Assembly: GCA_041659505.1 (NCBI GenBank)
Contig: JBAZYF010000002.1
Location: 51,966-115,965 of the forward strand
DNA length: 64,000 bases
DNA from: Parcubacteria group bacterium
GTDB taxonomy: Bacteria; Patescibacteriota; Minisyncoccia; Moranbacterales; UBA2206
Reading direction: 5' to 3'
The position numbers and the translations under genes are program-made. This document shows, in pieces, positions 20,825 to 28,697 of the stretch (its first letter is position 1; each line of letters starts with the position of its first letter). The notes under the pieces are model-generated. The model ran no database searches and was not told the DNA's origin. It saw only the letters and a program-made list of their open reading frames with translations.

Positions 20825-21478
20825 TTATTGCCTTGAAATTTCCCTAATCAGAAACAACATCTCTTGCCTTATTTGTTTTCCATAGTATCTAACGCTAATA
20901 CATCCCTGATAGTCTTCCCTTATTCTCTTGCCAGCATTCGGCTTATTATAGGGCTTAGTGAATTGCGCTTCTGGTATTCTAGTAACATTCGACCAAAACT
21001 TAATCTGCTTTTCAACGTTGTGATAGCTATGCACATGAACTAGCGCTCTAAATCTCTTTTCATCAACACTGAATGCTTTTCTGAAAGTATCAATAAAGTA
21101 CTTAATAAGCTTCGGATCTGAATTTATAAAAGTCAACTGTGACTTTTCAGTTTTTCCACCTTCGCACCAATAAAGCAACGCACACACAATCTTTAGATCA
21201 TTTTTTAGCAAAACACATCGACCAATGCTATTTTTAACATTTGCCAATATTTTCTTGTCCTCGCTTACTATTCTTTTTCTAACTGATTCATTCCCTTTAT
21301 TTCTCCCAACGACTCCCAGCTTGTTAATTCTTTCTTTTGCAATCTTGGATAATTCAACTTCTCTCAGCCACAAGCTTGCCGTGCTTTTCGCTATTCCAAT
21401 TTTTTCACTTATTTCCCTGAAAGAAAATCCCCGCTGTCTCAGTTCTGTAGCTTTCTTTTTCAAAATATCAACCTTCAT
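20825..21478 (-). CDS. hypothetical HTH-domain protein (possible degenerate LAGLIDADG-like segment)
   Basis: N-terminal HTH (RGFSFREISEKIGIAKSTASLWL); LLYWCEGGKT weakly resembles LAGLIDADG; sits between rpmG and tRNA-Trp. Confidence 0.35.
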   Translation of the reverse strand: MKVDILKKKATELRQRGFSFREISEKIGIAKSTASLWLREVELSKIAKERINKLGVVGRNKGNESVRKRIVSEDKKILANVKNSIGRCVLLKNDLKIVCALLYWCEGGKTEKSQLTFINSDPKLIKYFIDTFRKAFSVDEKRFRALVHVHSYHNVEKQIKFWSNVTRIPEAQFTKPYNKPNAGKRIREDYQGCISVRYYGKQIRQEMLFLIREISRQ

Positions 21479-21552
21479 AAAAAATCAAACTAAGACTATG
21501 AGTTACTTAACATCTAATCTTAGTTTAACAATAATTTGGCCAAATTGTCAAA

Positions 21553-21708
21553 TTACTTCATTTCCTTATGCATCGTATGCTTTTTGCATTTCGGGCAATG
21601 TTTTTTCATTTCCAATTTTTCCTTGATCTTCTTCTTGTTTCTGGTTGTGAAATAGTTGATGTTGGCACATTCCAAGCATTTCATCTTTGCCAAGTTTTCT
21701 CGTGACAT
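21553..21708 (-). CDS. rpmG: 50S ribosomal protein L33
   Basis: [51 protein letters not shown] matches the L33 zinc-ribbon pattern; upstream part of the track ORF overlaps a tRNA. Confidence 0.8.
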   Translation of the reverse strand: MSRENLAKMKCLECANINYFTTRNKKKIKEKLEMKKHCPKCKKHTMHKEMK

Positions 21709-21765
21709 AATGGTATGATAAATTAATTTAACTTGATTAAACCTTCTCTCTTTCTTATTCTCGTG

Positions 21766-21838
21766 AGCCGTTGTCCGGAATCGGACCGGAGACCTTTTCC
21801 TTACCATGGAAATGCTCTACCGACTGAGCTACAACGGC
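21766..21838 (-). tRNA. tRNA-Thr (anticodon GGT)
   Basis: acceptor GCCGTTG/CAACGGC, D-arm GCTC-AGTCGGT-AGAGC, anticodon loop ATGGTAA, T-arm TCCGG-TCCGATT-CCGGA. Confidence 0.7.
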
Positions 21839-21850
21839 ATAAATTTAATG

Positions 21851-21933
21851 TGGGCCGGGAGGGATTCGAACCCCCGTAGACCGAAATCGGCTGATTTACA
21901 GTCAGCTGCGATTGACCACTCCGCCACCGACCC
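21851..21933 (-). tRNA. tRNA-Tyr (anticodon GTA, long variable arm)
   Basis: acceptor GGGTCGG/CCGGCCC, anticodon stem GCTGA/TCAGC with loop CTGTAAA, long variable arm, T-arm GGGGG-TTCGAAT-CCCTC. Confidence 0.75.
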
Positions 21934-21966
21934 ACTTTTTCCGCTACTCACAATAATTCATTCGTG

Positions 21967-22038
21967 AGCCGAAGATCGGAGTTGAACCGATAACCTACTG
22001 TTTACAAAACAGTTGCTCTGCCATTGAGCTACTTCGGC
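21967..22038 (-). tRNA. tRNA-Thr (anticodon TGT)
   Basis: acceptor GCCGAAG/CTTCGGC, D-arm GCTC-AATGGCA-GAGC, anticodon stem ACTGT/ACAGT with loop TTTGTAA, T-arm ATCGG-TTCAACT-CCGAT. Confidence 0.8.
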
Positions 22039-22063
22039 AATATATAATTTCCCCAAACCTTAA

Positions 22064-22132
22064 TAGCGCTACTATTTACAAAACAGTTGCTCCCTGCCTG
22101 CCGGCAGGCAGGTGCCACTCCGCTACTTCAGC
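22064..22132 (-). pseudogene. truncated duplicate of tRNA-Thr(TGT): 5' half only, 20-bp palindrome inserted in the D-loop
   Basis: GCTGAAGTAGC..GGAGTGGCA[CCTGCCTGCCGGCAGGCAGG]GAGCAACTGTTTTGTAAATAGTAG matches the first ~45 nt of the adjacent tRNA-Thr(TGT); no T-arm or 3' acceptor. Confidence 0.6.
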
Positions 22133-22171
22133 ATATCAAGCGCGAGTTAATTTCACGCTTTTTCTATTCTA

Positions 22172-22957
22172 TCAGCTTCCTAGGATTTTTTCCAGTTTTC
22201 TGATCTTATACCGTGCGTTACGATTTCCCGGGTTTAATCTGAGCACTTGTTTGAAACATTCCTTGGAATGTTCCAAATTTTTCACTTCCAGATAATATTC
22301 TCCCAATCGCTCATAAGCTTCGATATCTTTCGGATTAGCCGCGATTCTTTCGATGAGCAATTCCTCTAGGCGACTCTTGGTTTCTCGTCTTCTTTTCGGT
22401 ACCACGACTCGATCACTGATGATCGGACGAAAATATTTCTCCTCTACTTCTTCCTGGATCGCTCGTTGTTTCAATCCTAATCTTTCACGGATATTTTTTT
22501 TCTCCGGATCATACTTTCCCACCTTATCAATAATTCCATCCAATATTTCACTTTCATTTGCTGCCGGTTTTTCTTCTCTGCGCTCAAGATTCTCTTCCAA
22601 CTGCGGTTCAGGATTCGGCCCGTTTTCGACCACCCTTGAATTTCTTTTTTTTCGGATCCCTTCGCCCAAGTCCTTGAGCTTATTTTCTAATTTCAAAAAA
22701 ACAATCCGCGATTTCTTGACTGACTTTTCCAGCACGACCAGCAAACCTTGTTTTAGTCTTGTCGTCACTTTAGCCATTCCGGTATCCTGCCGGGAATAAT
22801 CACCCACCCCACCATCGACCGCCCGAAACGCTCGTTCATTTTCCAATTTCTCCTCTCGCTCCAGACGATTGATTTCCGGAGCCTTTTTTACCAAAAAAAT
22901 AATTATTCCAATAACACTGAAAATGACTAAAATTGGCGGAATAATTTGGTACAACAT
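22172..22957 (-). CDS. membrane-anchored charged protein with C-terminal TPR-like repeat
   Basis: N-terminal TM, Glu/Arg/Lys-rich linker, C-terminal AYERLGEYYLEVKNLEHSKECFKQVLRLNP TPR-like motif. Confidence 0.4.
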   Translation of the reverse strand: MLYQIIPPILVIFSVIGIIIFLVKKAPEINRLEREEKLENERAFRAVDGGVGDYSRQDTGMAKVTTRLKQGLLVVLEKSVKKSRIVFLKLENKLKDLGEGIRKKRNSRVVENGPNPEPQLEENLERREEKPAANESEILDGIIDKVGKYDPEKKNIRERLGLKQRAIQEEVEEKYFRPIISDRVVVPKRRRETKSRLEELLIERIAANPKDIEAYERLGEYYLEVKNLEHSKECFKQVLRLNPGNRNARYKIRKLEKILGS

Positions 22958-22970
22958 AAATAGGTTAGTT

Positions 22971-23744
22971 TTATTTTAACTCTTCTTTTTTGACTGACAG
23001 ATATTTTCCACTTCGCAATTTCACCTTGACTTCCTGCGTGATTGCGTTCACCTCAATCACTGTGCCATCTCCCTCGACTGTACTAATCGTGCTATACATC
23101 TCCGGCATCCCTTCTAACATTTCCCGATAACTTTGCGCTTCATAAGCCAGGCAACACATCAACCGACCACAAGCGCCAGAAATTCGCTCCGTGCCTCTGT
23201 GTGCGATCTGCTGGACGCGCGCCATATCGGTCGTAATGCTAGGAATATTATTTTTCGTATTAATGCAACACATCGCTCGGCCACACACTCCACAATCACC
23301 CAATTTCCGAGCTTCATCTCGCGAACCGATCTGTTGCATCCGGATAGCTTTCTTGAACTTGAGCGAAAGATTTTTGACCAATTCGCGAAAATCTACCCGG
23401 CCGTCAGATGTAAAAATGAAAATGATCTGTTTACCATCTAAGCTTATCCGCGCATCGATCGCTTTCATCGCTAGTCCAAGTTTTTTGAGTTCGCTCTTGC
23501 AAAAATCCAACGCCGCCACTTTTTCCTTTTCTTTTTCTAGAAAACTTTCCTTGTCCCTTGTTGTCGCTAGGCGCAAAACTTGCTCTTTTTCTCTTGGACA
23601 GTTTTCATGACCATCCGCCTCAACCGTTCCTAATTCATTAAAATGTTCACAGGTAACAACCACGCGGTCACCCGCTTTTACTTTGATTGCGCTTTCGCAC
23701 ATTCGCGGCCCTTCCCAGGAATATATTTTAACAAAAACATCCAT
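22971..23744 (-). CDS. PSP1 C-terminal domain protein (YaaT/RicT-like)
   Basis: Cys-rich GDCGVCGRAMCC..GACGRLMCCLAYE signature of PSP1/YaaT. Confidence 0.7.
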   Translation of the reverse strand: MDVFVKIYSWEGPRMCESAIKVKAGDRVVVTCEHFNELGTVEADGHENCPREKEQVLRLATTRDKESFLEKEKEKVAALDFCKSELKKLGLAMKAIDARISLDGKQIIFIFTSDGRVDFRELVKNLSLKFKKAIRMQQIGSRDEARKLGDCGVCGRAMCCINTKNNIPSITTDMARVQQIAHRGTERISGACGRLMCCLAYEAQSYREMLEGMPEMYSTISTVEGDGTVIEVNAITQEVKVKLRSGKYLSVKKEELK

Positions 23745-23762
23745 CGTATTTCAATCTACTGT

Positions 23763-24347
23763 TTATAGCTCCATCCGAGTAAAACCACCCACGCGGATAT
23801 TTTCTCCAATCTTAGCAATCTTTTCTGTAATCAGTGCTTCAATAGTTTGGTCAGGATTTTTTACGAAAGGCTGAGTAAGCAGTGCCAAGTCTTCCCGAAA
23901 TTTCTTCTCCTTGCCTTCTAGAATTTTTGCCATAATTTCTACCGGCTTATTTTCCGCTTTCAATTGTTCTTGCCAGATATCTTTTTCCTTTTCCAGTGTC
24001 TCAGTTGGGACATCTTCTGGCTTCACATATTGCGGATTCATCGCTGACACGTGCATTGCCAAGTCTTTTGCCAACTCCAAAAATTCAGTGTTCCGTGCCA
24101 CAAAATCACTTTCGCAATACAGTTTTACAATCGCTCCCAATTTATTGTTCGGATGAATGTAGGATACGACCACGCCCTCACCAGCTTCCCGATCAGATTT
24201 CTTGGCTGCTTTCAACTGTCCCTTTTTGCGGATAATCTCAATCGCTTTTTCCTCATCTCCATCAGCCTCATCAAGCGCGTTTTTTGTTTCCACGATTCCC
24301 GATCCAAGCATTTCCCGAATCTTTTTTATTTGCTCTAAGTTTGCCAT
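23763..24347 (-). CDS. tsf: elongation factor Ts (short form)
   Basis: MANLEQIKKIREMLGSGIVETKNAL UBA-like N-terminus; rpsB-tsf synteny. Confidence 0.9.
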   Translation of the reverse strand: MANLEQIKKIREMLGSGIVETKNALDEADGDEEKAIEIIRKKGQLKAAKKSDREAGEGVVVSYIHPNNKLGAIVKLYCESDFVARNTEFLELAKDLAMHVSAMNPQYVKPEDVPTETLEKEKDIWQEQLKAENKPVEIMAKILEGKEKKFREDLALLTQPFVKNPDQTIEALITEKIAKIGENIRVGGFTRMEL

Positions 24348-24360
24348 AATTTTATTTGTC

Positions 24361-24396
24361 CGCCGTAGTCCTGAGTACTCTTAGGACGAAGGAGGA
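24361..24396 (-). promoter_or_regulatory. conserved intergenic hairpin plus anti-SD-like motif upstream of tsf (copy 1 of 2)
   Basis: mRNA-strand GATCCTCCTTCG-GTCCTAAGAGTACTCAGGAC-TACGGCG; near-identical copy upstream of rpmJ. Confidence 0.5.
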
Positions 24397-24413
24397 TCAG
24401 TCCTCTTAACTTT

Positions 24414-25253
24414 TTATTTTTTCACTTCAGCAGCTGCTGCCACTGCAGCCTTCTCAATTGCCACTTTTTCTACTGCCATTTTTTGCTTGGCCGCCAAAAC
24501 AGTTTTAATCACATAGGCCATCAAAATTTTCAAAGATGAAACGGCGTCCTCATTGGCTGGAATGATATAGTCGATATCACGCGGATCGATGTTAGTATCA
24601 GCGAGAGCAATCACGGGAATATTTTTGATTTTGGCTTCCTTGATGGCTAGATTATCCTCCACTACACCAGTCACAAAAATTGCGCCTGGTAAGCGATCCA
24701 TATTCTTGATTCCACCCATCTTCGTTTCCAAGCGCTCCAACTCTTCGGCAAATTTCATCTGTTCAAATTTGGTGTATTTGCCATATTCTCCACGTTCCAA
24801 TTTACCTTGCCCGTCACGCAGATACCTTGTTCGTCCAGAAATTGCCGCATAGTTAGTGAAAGTGCCACCCAACCAACGCTCCGTCACATAGGGCATCTCA
24901 CAACGCTTTGCCGCTGCTTCCACAATTTTCTTGGCTTGCTTTTTTGTTCCCACGAACAAGATCTTCTGCCCGCTCATGATCACTTTTTCCATAAAGGCCA
25001 ACGCCTCTTTCAACATCTGCGCCGTCTTTTGCAAGTCCAAAATGTTGATCCCGTTTTTCACACCAAAGATAAATTCATCCATCTTAGGATTTTTTCGGGA
25101 TTTGTGATGTCCAAAATGCACACCATTTTTGAACATCTCTTCCAGATTGATTTCCAATTTCGCAAAATCGAAATCAGAAAAACTGTCGGCCACCTCTCCT
25201 GCCGCGCTCTCTTTTCCAGTCCCTGTCGGAACTGAAACATTCTTCTCTTCCAT
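24414..25253 (-). CDS. rpsB: 30S ribosomal protein S2
   Basis: FKNGVHFGHHKSRKNPKM and S2 core; Ala-rich C-terminal tail. Confidence 0.9.
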   Translation of the reverse strand: MEEKNVSVPTGTGKESAAGEVADSFSDFDFAKLEINLEEMFKNGVHFGHHKSRKNPKMDEFIFGVKNGINILDLQKTAQMLKEALAFMEKVIMSGQKILFVGTKKQAKKIVEAAAKRCEMPYVTERWLGGTFTNYAAISGRTRYLRDGQGKLERGEYGKYTKFEQMKFAEELERLETKMGGIKNMDRLPGAIFVTGVVEDNLAIKEAKIKNIPVIALADTNIDPRDIDYIIPANEDAVSSLKILMAYVIKTVLAAKQKMAVEKVAIEKAAVAAAAEVKK

Positions 25254-25587
25254 ACTATTATTCCTTTAATAATTATACGCCCCTCAAAAGTGAGTTGCGT
25301 TTCCGCTATTTTCCGTTAATTCTGAAGTTATTGGCTTAGAATCAGCGTCTTAATCCCCTCGTCTTTCGACTCTTGGGGCAGGACAACGCCCGGAAAATAT
25401 GAGTTTTTGTACCTAGCTACTATATCAGCTCCCGCACCACTTGTCAATTTCCCAAAGCTGTGCTAAATTTAGCAAGTTAGTGAATAACTCAATTTAACCC
25501 AAATTTGCCCAGTTTTAAGAGTCCTAAACGATCAGGCCCCAAAAAAGCCTTATTTCCAACTCTCAAGGGCTAAAATCAGTCAATTTT

Positions 25588-25875
25588 ATGAAAAAAGACA
25601 TCCATCCTAAGTATTTTCCCAACGCCAAAATCATCTGCGCCTGTGGCAATGTGATTGAAGCGGGATCCACGATTGAAGAAATGAAGGTTGAAATCTGCGC
25701 CGCTTGCCATCCTTTCTACACTGGCAAGAAAAAATCCATGGACACCGCCGGCCGCGTCGACCGTTTCAAGAAAATCGCCGAAAAGAAAGCCGCGCCAAAA
25801 GTAAAAAAGGAACGCATCCGAAAACCCAAAGCCGAGACCAAGAAAGTAGTTTCGAAAAAGAAGTTGAAGAAATAA
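25588..25875 (+). CDS. rpmE: 50S ribosomal protein L31 (Lys-rich C-terminal extension)
   Basis: [15 protein letters not shown]...[13 protein letters not shown] zinc-ribbon L31 pattern. Confidence 0.85.
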   Translation: MKKDIHPKYFPNAKIICACGNVIEAGSTIEEMKVEICAACHPFYTGKKKSMDTAGRVDRFKKIAEKKAAPKVKKERIRKPKAETKKVVSKKKLKK

Positions 25876-25892
25876 TCTTTTCCATATTTTCA

Positions 25893-25928
25893 AAAAAGCC
25901 CAGGCAGAAATGTTTTGGGCTTTTTGTA
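25893..25928 (+). terminator. rho-independent terminator after rpmE
   Basis: AAAGCCCAGGCAGAAATGTTTTGGGCTTTTTG stem-loop with T-run. Confidence 0.5.
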
Positions 25929-25983
25929 TTTTATAAAGTTGTCGGTTTAGTGTCTCCTGACCTGAACCTCCTAATTCTTAGCT

Positions 25984-26028
25984 AGCTGATTAGAAATAAA
26001 AGGTTCAATTCGGGAGAATTGAACCGAC
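25984..26028 (+). repeat. 45-bp repeat with 10-bp-stem hairpin (GGTTCAATTC-GGGAG-AATTGAACC), copy A
   Basis: AGCTGATTAGAAATAAAAGGTTCAATTCGGGAGAATTGAACCGAC; exact inverted copy at 57819-57863. Confidence 0.7.
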
Positions 26029-26132
26029 AAGATATCAATCTTTTTGTAAAAAATACTGGATTAAAAAATCCCTCGCTTAAGTTGCCATTGGGCAAGCTTT
26101 TGAGCGAGGGATTATGCTGAGTAAGGATAAGA

Positions 26133-26930
26133 TTATTCGGTTGTGCCATAAATACGTTCGGCTTCGTTTTGATACCAGCCTCTTATGGCATCTCTGGTTT
26201 TTTCATTTAATGCTTCCAAAGCCGGTATCATTTCAGCCAGCCTTTCCTCGGTCATTTTTTCCGAATCATCGTCGGAAATCAGCTCAAACATAGGACCCAT
26301 CAATAAGTTTTTGACCGCTTCAATACTTATATCCTGCAGGGTTTGGTTGCAAGAATTCAAGAACTCCTTCTTGGTTTGAGTCCTGCGAGTAATCGCATCG
26401 GCGTATTTATCGATATGCTCAATGAGCTCAGTTACTGGAGTATTATACTCGTCAGCGAGGGTTTGAAGCACATCGATCAAACTCCAATAATCCTCATAGA
26501 GATCCTCAATGCTCATGTCATTCGTTAGATGTTTAACACAATCTTTCAAAGACGAATCTAACAGTGCATATTCCTGTTCATCTAGAGCCTGTCCCGTGAA
26601 TTTCTCCATACTGTCGTTAATTGCACCTGTGAGATGCTGAACGTCTTTCGCTGAAAACAGTGGCTTATCCCGCGCATTGCGCTTGAGACGTCGAGCGACT
26701 AAGCCAGCAAGTTTGTCCGTTAATTTGAAGTGGAGCTCCTTAGAAAAACGTGAAAAATACTCATCATCCTCCAAAGGCTCAATTCCGTGATATTCTTTAA
26801 TTGCTGCATTCAGAGACATATTTTGTATACGCGCTATTTGCAAACGAGCCCATACAAAGGATTTAAGCTCTTTCAAACTTAACGCTGACCGTTCTCTATT
26901 TATCATCTCATTGTTCTCCTTTCTTTTCAA
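26133..26930 (-). CDS. hypothetical protein (265 aa), bounded by repeat elements
   Basis: long acidic/helical ORF with good coding periodicity; no recognisable motif. Confidence 0.4.
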   Translation of the reverse strand: MKRKENNEMINRERSALSLKELKSFVWARLQIARIQNMSLNAAIKEYHGIEPLEDDEYFSRFSKELHFKLTDKLAGLVARRLKRNARDKPLFSAKDVQHLTGAINDSMEKFTGQALDEQEYALLDSSLKDCVKHLTNDMSIEDLYEDYWSLIDVLQTLADEYNTPVTELIEHIDKYADAITRRTQTKKEFLNSCNQTLQDISIEAVKNLLMGPMFELISDDDSEKMTEERLAEMIPALEALNEKTRDAIRGWYQNEAERIYGTTE

Positions 26931-27096
26931 TTAACAGCACATTTCCAACCGCCTCCACACAACGTAGAGCTAGTCAGAAAATGACTGTTAATCGGCTAGG
27001 TAGTTTTTTAATGTACGATTTTATAGCATGCACCCATTTGAGGTTTTTGTCAACCCAGAAATCTGGATGGGCTTTAGGTAAAGCAAATCTCTCAAC

Positions 27097-27267
27097 GTGT
27101 CATTCCCGCGAAGGCGGGAATCCAGGTTCCACGAGCTATGAACTCCAGAAAATCGAACTACAAGTCTAACAAATTCTCTATTTTAGCAAGTCTTGAGTTT
27201 TAATAATTCGTTTTTTCTTTATATTAAGTCTGAGGTGCCTGGATCCCCGCCTTCGCGAGGATGACAC
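27097..27267. mobile_element. MITE-like palindromic element copy 1 (~170 bp, 30-bp hairpin terminal inverted repeats)
   Basis: left GTGTCATTCCCGCGAAGGCGGGAATCCAGG, right CCTGGATCCCCGCCTTCGCGAGGATGACAC; internal ~110 bp homologous to copies 2 and 3. Confidence 0.7.
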
Positions 27268-27270
27268 CTA

Positions 27271-27301
27271 ATCAAAAAGAAACGAGCATATAGCTCGTTT
27301 C
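27271..27301 (-). terminator. rho-independent terminator of the ribosomal-protein operon (GAAACGAGC-TATAT-GCTCGTTTC + T-run)
   Basis: perfect 9-bp stem then TTTTTGAT on the minus strand, ~150 nt after the rpsI stop. Confidence 0.6.
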
Positions 27302-27449
27302 TGCAAAAATACAAATATAATATAAACCTTTAGCGTTTCGCCCACTTATGGGTCGCTCCGCTCCTTCAAACCCCTCGGTTTGAATAATTCCGCCAACTGA
27401 AACCTCCCGGTTTCCGACCCTTCCCCACCACATTGTGCAAAAAGATTTA

Positions 27450-27902
27450 CTATCTTTTTGCCCACTGTGGACTTTTTCTCGCTTTCTTGAGTCCCGGTTT
27501 CTTTCTTTCTACCACTCTGGCGTCTCGGGTGAGGAAGCCCTCGGCGCGCAGAACTTTTCTCAGACTCTCGTCAAATTTAATGAGCGCTCGGGAGATTCCC
27601 AAACGGATCGCTTCGGATTGGGCGTTGATTCCCCCGCCAACTACTTTTACAGTCACATTGAATTTCTCGGAAAGTCCCACGGAGGTCAAGGCGGATTTTA
27701 CCGTGTCAGAAAAACGAGCGACAGAAAAATATTCTTCCAATTTTTTGTCATTGACCAAGGTGTCAGTCGGCGTGTCAGTCGGATAGATGCGGACTTGCGC
27801 AATGGCGGTTTTTCTTTTGCCGACGGCATAGAGATATCTCCCAGCCTCGGATTTTTCTACCACTGCGTCCTTTTCAATTTTAGCTTTTTTCTTGTCTATC
27901 AT
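27450..27902 (-). CDS. rpsI: 30S ribosomal protein S9
   Basis: C-terminal GLKKARKSPQWAKR S9 signature; start at internal ATG to avoid rplM overlap. Confidence 0.85.
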   Translation of the reverse strand: MIDKKKAKIEKDAVVEKSEAGRYLYAVGKRKTAIAQVRIYPTDTPTDTLVNDKKLEEYFSVARFSDTVKSALTSVGLSEKFNVTVKVVGGGINAQSEAIRLGISRALIKFDESLRKVLRAEGFLTRDARVVERKKPGLKKARKSPQWAKR

Positions 27903-27912
27903 AGTATAAGTA

Positions 27913-28305
27913 TTAGTTAGTTGTTCCATTGATCGCGTGAGTGTGCTTATCATCGACATAGATTAAAAGTCGTTTCATCATCTTGTCGCGCAGTTTGTTT
28001 TTGCAAAGCATGCCATAGACTGCGTCTTTGATCACTTTTCGAGAATCTTTTTCGATCTGATCATTGAGTGTCGTCGCAGTGATTCCACCTGGATAACCGG
28101 AAAAACGGTAATAAATTTTTTTCTCCCCCTTGCCATAGGCGATTTTAACATTGTCCGAGTTGGTCACAACCACGAAATCGCCTCCATCGACGTGTGGAGC
28201 GAAATCAACCTTGTTCTTCCCTCGCAAAATCCGAGCAATTTCGGTTGCCATTCGGCCAGGGGTCTTATCTGTCGCATCAAAAAGATGATATTTTCTAGTA
28301 ATCAT
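27913..28305 (-). CDS. rplM: 50S ribosomal protein L13
   Basis: MITRKYHLFDATDKTPGRMATEIARILRGKNK L13 N-terminus; start trimmed to avoid rplQ overlap. Confidence 0.85.
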   Translation of the reverse strand: MITRKYHLFDATDKTPGRMATEIARILRGKNKVDFAPHVDGGDFVVVTNSDNVKIAYGKGEKKIYYRFSGYPGGITATTLNDQIEKDSRKVIKDAVYGMLCKNKLRDKMMKRLLIYVDDKHTHAINGTTN

Positions 28306-28309
28306 AGGT

Positions 28310-28675
28310 TTAGTAGACGAATTCGATAACGGCAATTCTTGCAGAATCGCTTTTTCTTGGCGCTAATTTAATTATTCTGGTATACCCACTGCTTCTTTTC
28401 TCAAATTTATCCAAAAATTCTCCGGTCAGCTTTTTCATCGCCATCGCGGGAATATATTTTTTAAGATCACGAACCACAGCCAATTTTCGCACCGGATCCT
28501 TGGCTTTTTTGGCCTTATTGATCAGTCGATCGATCTTACCTTTCAGTTCCTTGGCTTTCGCTTCAGTCGTCTCGATCTTTTCGCGCATGATCAAACTGCC
28601 GAGCATCGTACGGAACAATGCTTTTCTTTGATTCATCTCTCGTCCCAATTCCCTTCCCTTATTTTGATGTCGCAT
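28310..28675 (-). CDS. rplQ: 50S ribosomal protein L17
   Basis: MRHQNKGRELGR...ALFRTMLGSLI L17 pattern; follows rpoA. Confidence 0.85.
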   Translation of the reverse strand: MRHQNKGRELGREMNQRKALFRTMLGSLIMREKIETTEAKAKELKGKIDRLINKAKKAKDPVRKLAVVRDLKKYIPAMAMKKLTGEFLDKFEKRSSGYTRIIKLAPRKSDSARIAVIEFVY

Positions 28676-28697
28676 AAAATTTTAACTTAGTCTTCTC

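Noticed and set aside
20825-21478. LAGLIDADG homing endonuclease call for the HTH protein between rpmG and tRNA-Trp
   Set aside because: Only one weak LLYWCEGG segment resembles the motif and no second motif was found. It is kept as a low-confidence note inside the feature only.
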